Notes under the pieces: model-generated
What the model was told of the DNA's origin: nothing
What the model saw: the letters and a program-made list of their open reading frames with translations, nothing else
Database searches by the model: none
Source of the DNA: Octopus sinensis
Taxonomy: Eukaryota
Direction: 5' to 3'
Length of the DNA: 64,000 nt
Assembly (NCBI RefSeq): GCF_006345805.1
Contig: NC_042998.1
Span: 122,698,001-122,762,000, forward strand
Shown: positions 61,645 through 64,000 of the stretch, piece after piece
Position numbering within the stretch: position 1 is the first letter of the stretch
Layout: each line of letters opens with the position of its first letter
Translations under genes and position numbers: made by a program

Positions 61645-61699
61645 GTATTTACACACACACACTCTCACACACATCTATCTATCTAGCTATCTATCTTTT

Positions 61700-62090
61700 A
61701 CCTTTCACTTCTTCCAGTCATTAGATTGTGGCCATGCTGGGGCATCTCCTTGAACAGTTTAACCAAACAAATAGGCCCCAGTAGATTTTAAAATTTTGAT
61801 ACTTATTCTACCGGTCTATAACTGCCGAACCGCAATGTAACGAGGTCGTAAACAAAGCAACACCAGTTCAAAACCGAGTGTGGAGAGGAAACACAAATAT
61901 AAAGTCATATACACATAGACAATTACATGTATATAGAACAGGTTTTTTCTAGTCTCTATCTACCAAAAACACACACAAGTCTATTGTAGAAAACACTTAC
62001 TTAAAGTGCCACGAAGTGAGACTGAACCCAAAATCATGTGGATATATGGTTGAGAACCACAATACTCTACTATTCAGCCAAGCCTAATCC
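61700..62090 (-). mobile_element. SINE family B, full length, older copy
   Basis: Tail TTCCAGTCATTAGATTGTGGCCATGCTGGGGCA... and head (minus) TGGCTGAATAG...TGGGTTCAGTCTC. Confidence 0.7.
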
Positions 62091-62111
62091 CATGAGTGCA
62101 AGTGTGCATTG

Positions 62112-62150
<39 letters not shown>

Positions 62151-62169
62151 CCTACGCACGCACGCACAT

Positions 62170-62885
62170 ATATAATAGTATTTTATAAGCTTAATACTTA
62201 TAGCAATCACCACGCAATCACTAAGGAAAATAGTCTAAATAATGGGTCATATAAGCTCTCGACAGAAAAAAGTAGGTTTTCCCGTACGCGTGGGACTCAA
62301 CCACACATCCCTCTGTTTACACGTCTGTGTTACCGATTACACCAGCGAACGAACCAGTTTATTCCTGTCAAATTTAAGAACTATATTAATTCGTAGTTGT
62401 TTTTGTAAACAAACTTACATGTGCTTTTACTTTGAATGGTTTTGTTAAGCAGTGAGTTTTACAAATCTGTAAACAATAATGGTATTTTATAAGCTTAAAG
62501 CTTATAACGATCACCGAACAATGACTATGGAAAATAACCTAATAATGGGGCATATGAGCCCTCGAGAGAAAAAAGTAGGTTTTCATGTACGCGTGGGACC
62601 AGAATCCACATCCCTTTGGTTTAGTTAAGGAAATAACAGGTTAGTTCGCTGGTGTAATCGGTAAAACACTGAGTCGCGTAAACAAAGGGATGTGGGTTCG
62701 AGATCCACGCGTACGGGAAAACCTACTTTTTTCTGTCGAGGAATTATATGCCCTATTATTAAGAATATTTTCCTTAATCATTGCACGGTGATTGCTATAA
62801 GCTTTAAGCATATAAAATATTCTTATCATTATTTACAGAATTGTAAAACTTGATACTGCTTGACAAAACCATTGGCAGTGAACGC
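62170..62885. repeat. Three copies of a tRNA-like (Thr-like) repeat with shared downstream sequence: two minus, one plus
   Basis: Plus copy head 62643-62716: A box TGGTGTAATCGG, D stem GTGT/ACAC, T arm GTGGG-TTCGAGA-TCCAC, TTTTTT at 62727-62732. Minus heads at 62282-62352 and (partial) 62586-62620. Confidence 0.7.
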
Positions 62886-63040
62886 ATGTATATATACATA
62901 TATACATGAGCAATTTCACTCAAAATATATTTCTATATGTAAATATTACTCTGCTATGAATTGATATATTTCTAGTGAGTGTCTCTGTATATATATATAA
63001 TATATATATGTGTGTGTGTGTGTGTGTGCATGTAAGTGTG

Positions 63041-63095
<55 letters not shown>

Positions 63096-64000
63096 TCCAC
63101 ATTTAGTTGTACGTATTATTCACATAATGTAGATATATAAAATTCGTATTAACACACCTATGCCACATGCATAGAAATATAAGTACTTGAATATATGTGC
63201 TTTCTTATAGCTATTGTCAGGATGTGTGTGTGGTGTGTCTTTGTGTGTGTTCGTGTGTGTTTGTGTGTGTGAGTATGGGTGTTTTATATTTTTTAAGAAG
63301 ATCACTGTAAGATAACTTAAACATTTGTATGATTTTCTTTAAGAAACATTTGGAGGAATATTGCTCTTCTCCATTAAATCTTCTAAGTCTAAATGGGAAA
63401 CATTTCTTTTTTTTCCTGCCGTATTTTTATTATAATATTTCCTTTTTATAAAATTCACTTTTATAATTTTACCTTTTACAAAGTAGAAAAATTTCAAAGA
63501 AACGAGTCAATGTAGAATATTTATGAAATAATGTTTTTTTGTATCAAAATATAATAAAAAAGTATCTTTGGCAGATAAAATATATTTTCAATGGAATGTT
63601 AAGAAACGCGAGTTGAAAATGTTTGTATTTCTCGAAGCTCCTCTGAGCTTACACTGTAATTACTGTCATGTTCTCGTTTGTCTACAGTTCCCTGTAATTA
63701 ATATCAGTGTAGTAAAGAATAGAAAGTTCGTGTTCGTGTTATTTTTTTCTGTATTGGGAAAGAAGCAGATATACATAGTAATCTGCAGAGAAAATAGTCT
63801 TTCATCTGTAATACTCTACTGTAGCCATTCCTGGGATAACATAGTATGCTTTTACATAAGCTTTAAAGTGTGAATGATGCTTTTGCATGCAAAATATATA
63901 TGAACCAGTACATTAGTCTATTTGTGATAATGCATAAAGGAAATAAAATACATTCTGCATTCGATAACTACTTGCAGGAAGAAATTTTGTATATTTTCCA

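Overview
Eukaryotic, AT-rich DNA saturated with microsatellites ((TA)n, (CA)n, (TATG)n, (TCTA)n). The SINE families and repeat style look like octopus/coleoid cephalopod intronic or intergenic DNA; this is recognition, not a database result. No host gene could be identified with confidence, and most ORF-track entries are translated microsatellites. The window is a layered transposon landscape: two R4/Dong-like and one CRE-like RLE LINE, CR1-like 3' ends, many Penelope-like (PLE) fragments, an intact DD34E Tc1 element with perfect 35-bp TIRs, a Chapaev3-like fragment, Helitron/Helentron-type non-autonomous elements, a foldback-like MITE, at least four tRNA-derived SINE families and a ~2.3-kb tandem duplication. 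The most notable signal is RNA-level. A non-coding, highly structured 352-bp unit with 43-bp terminal redundancy (53774-54168) carries a textbook type I hammerhead ribozyme on the minus strand, as expected for a retrozyme copied from a circular RNA, and it is joined to an inverted half-ribozyme arm. A second near-intact hammerhead with an unusually long branched stem II lies at 55312-55389, and several decayed or minimal hammerhead motifs are scattered across the window. A 1.3-kb possibly decayed coding exon (35401-36732, minus) is also noted.
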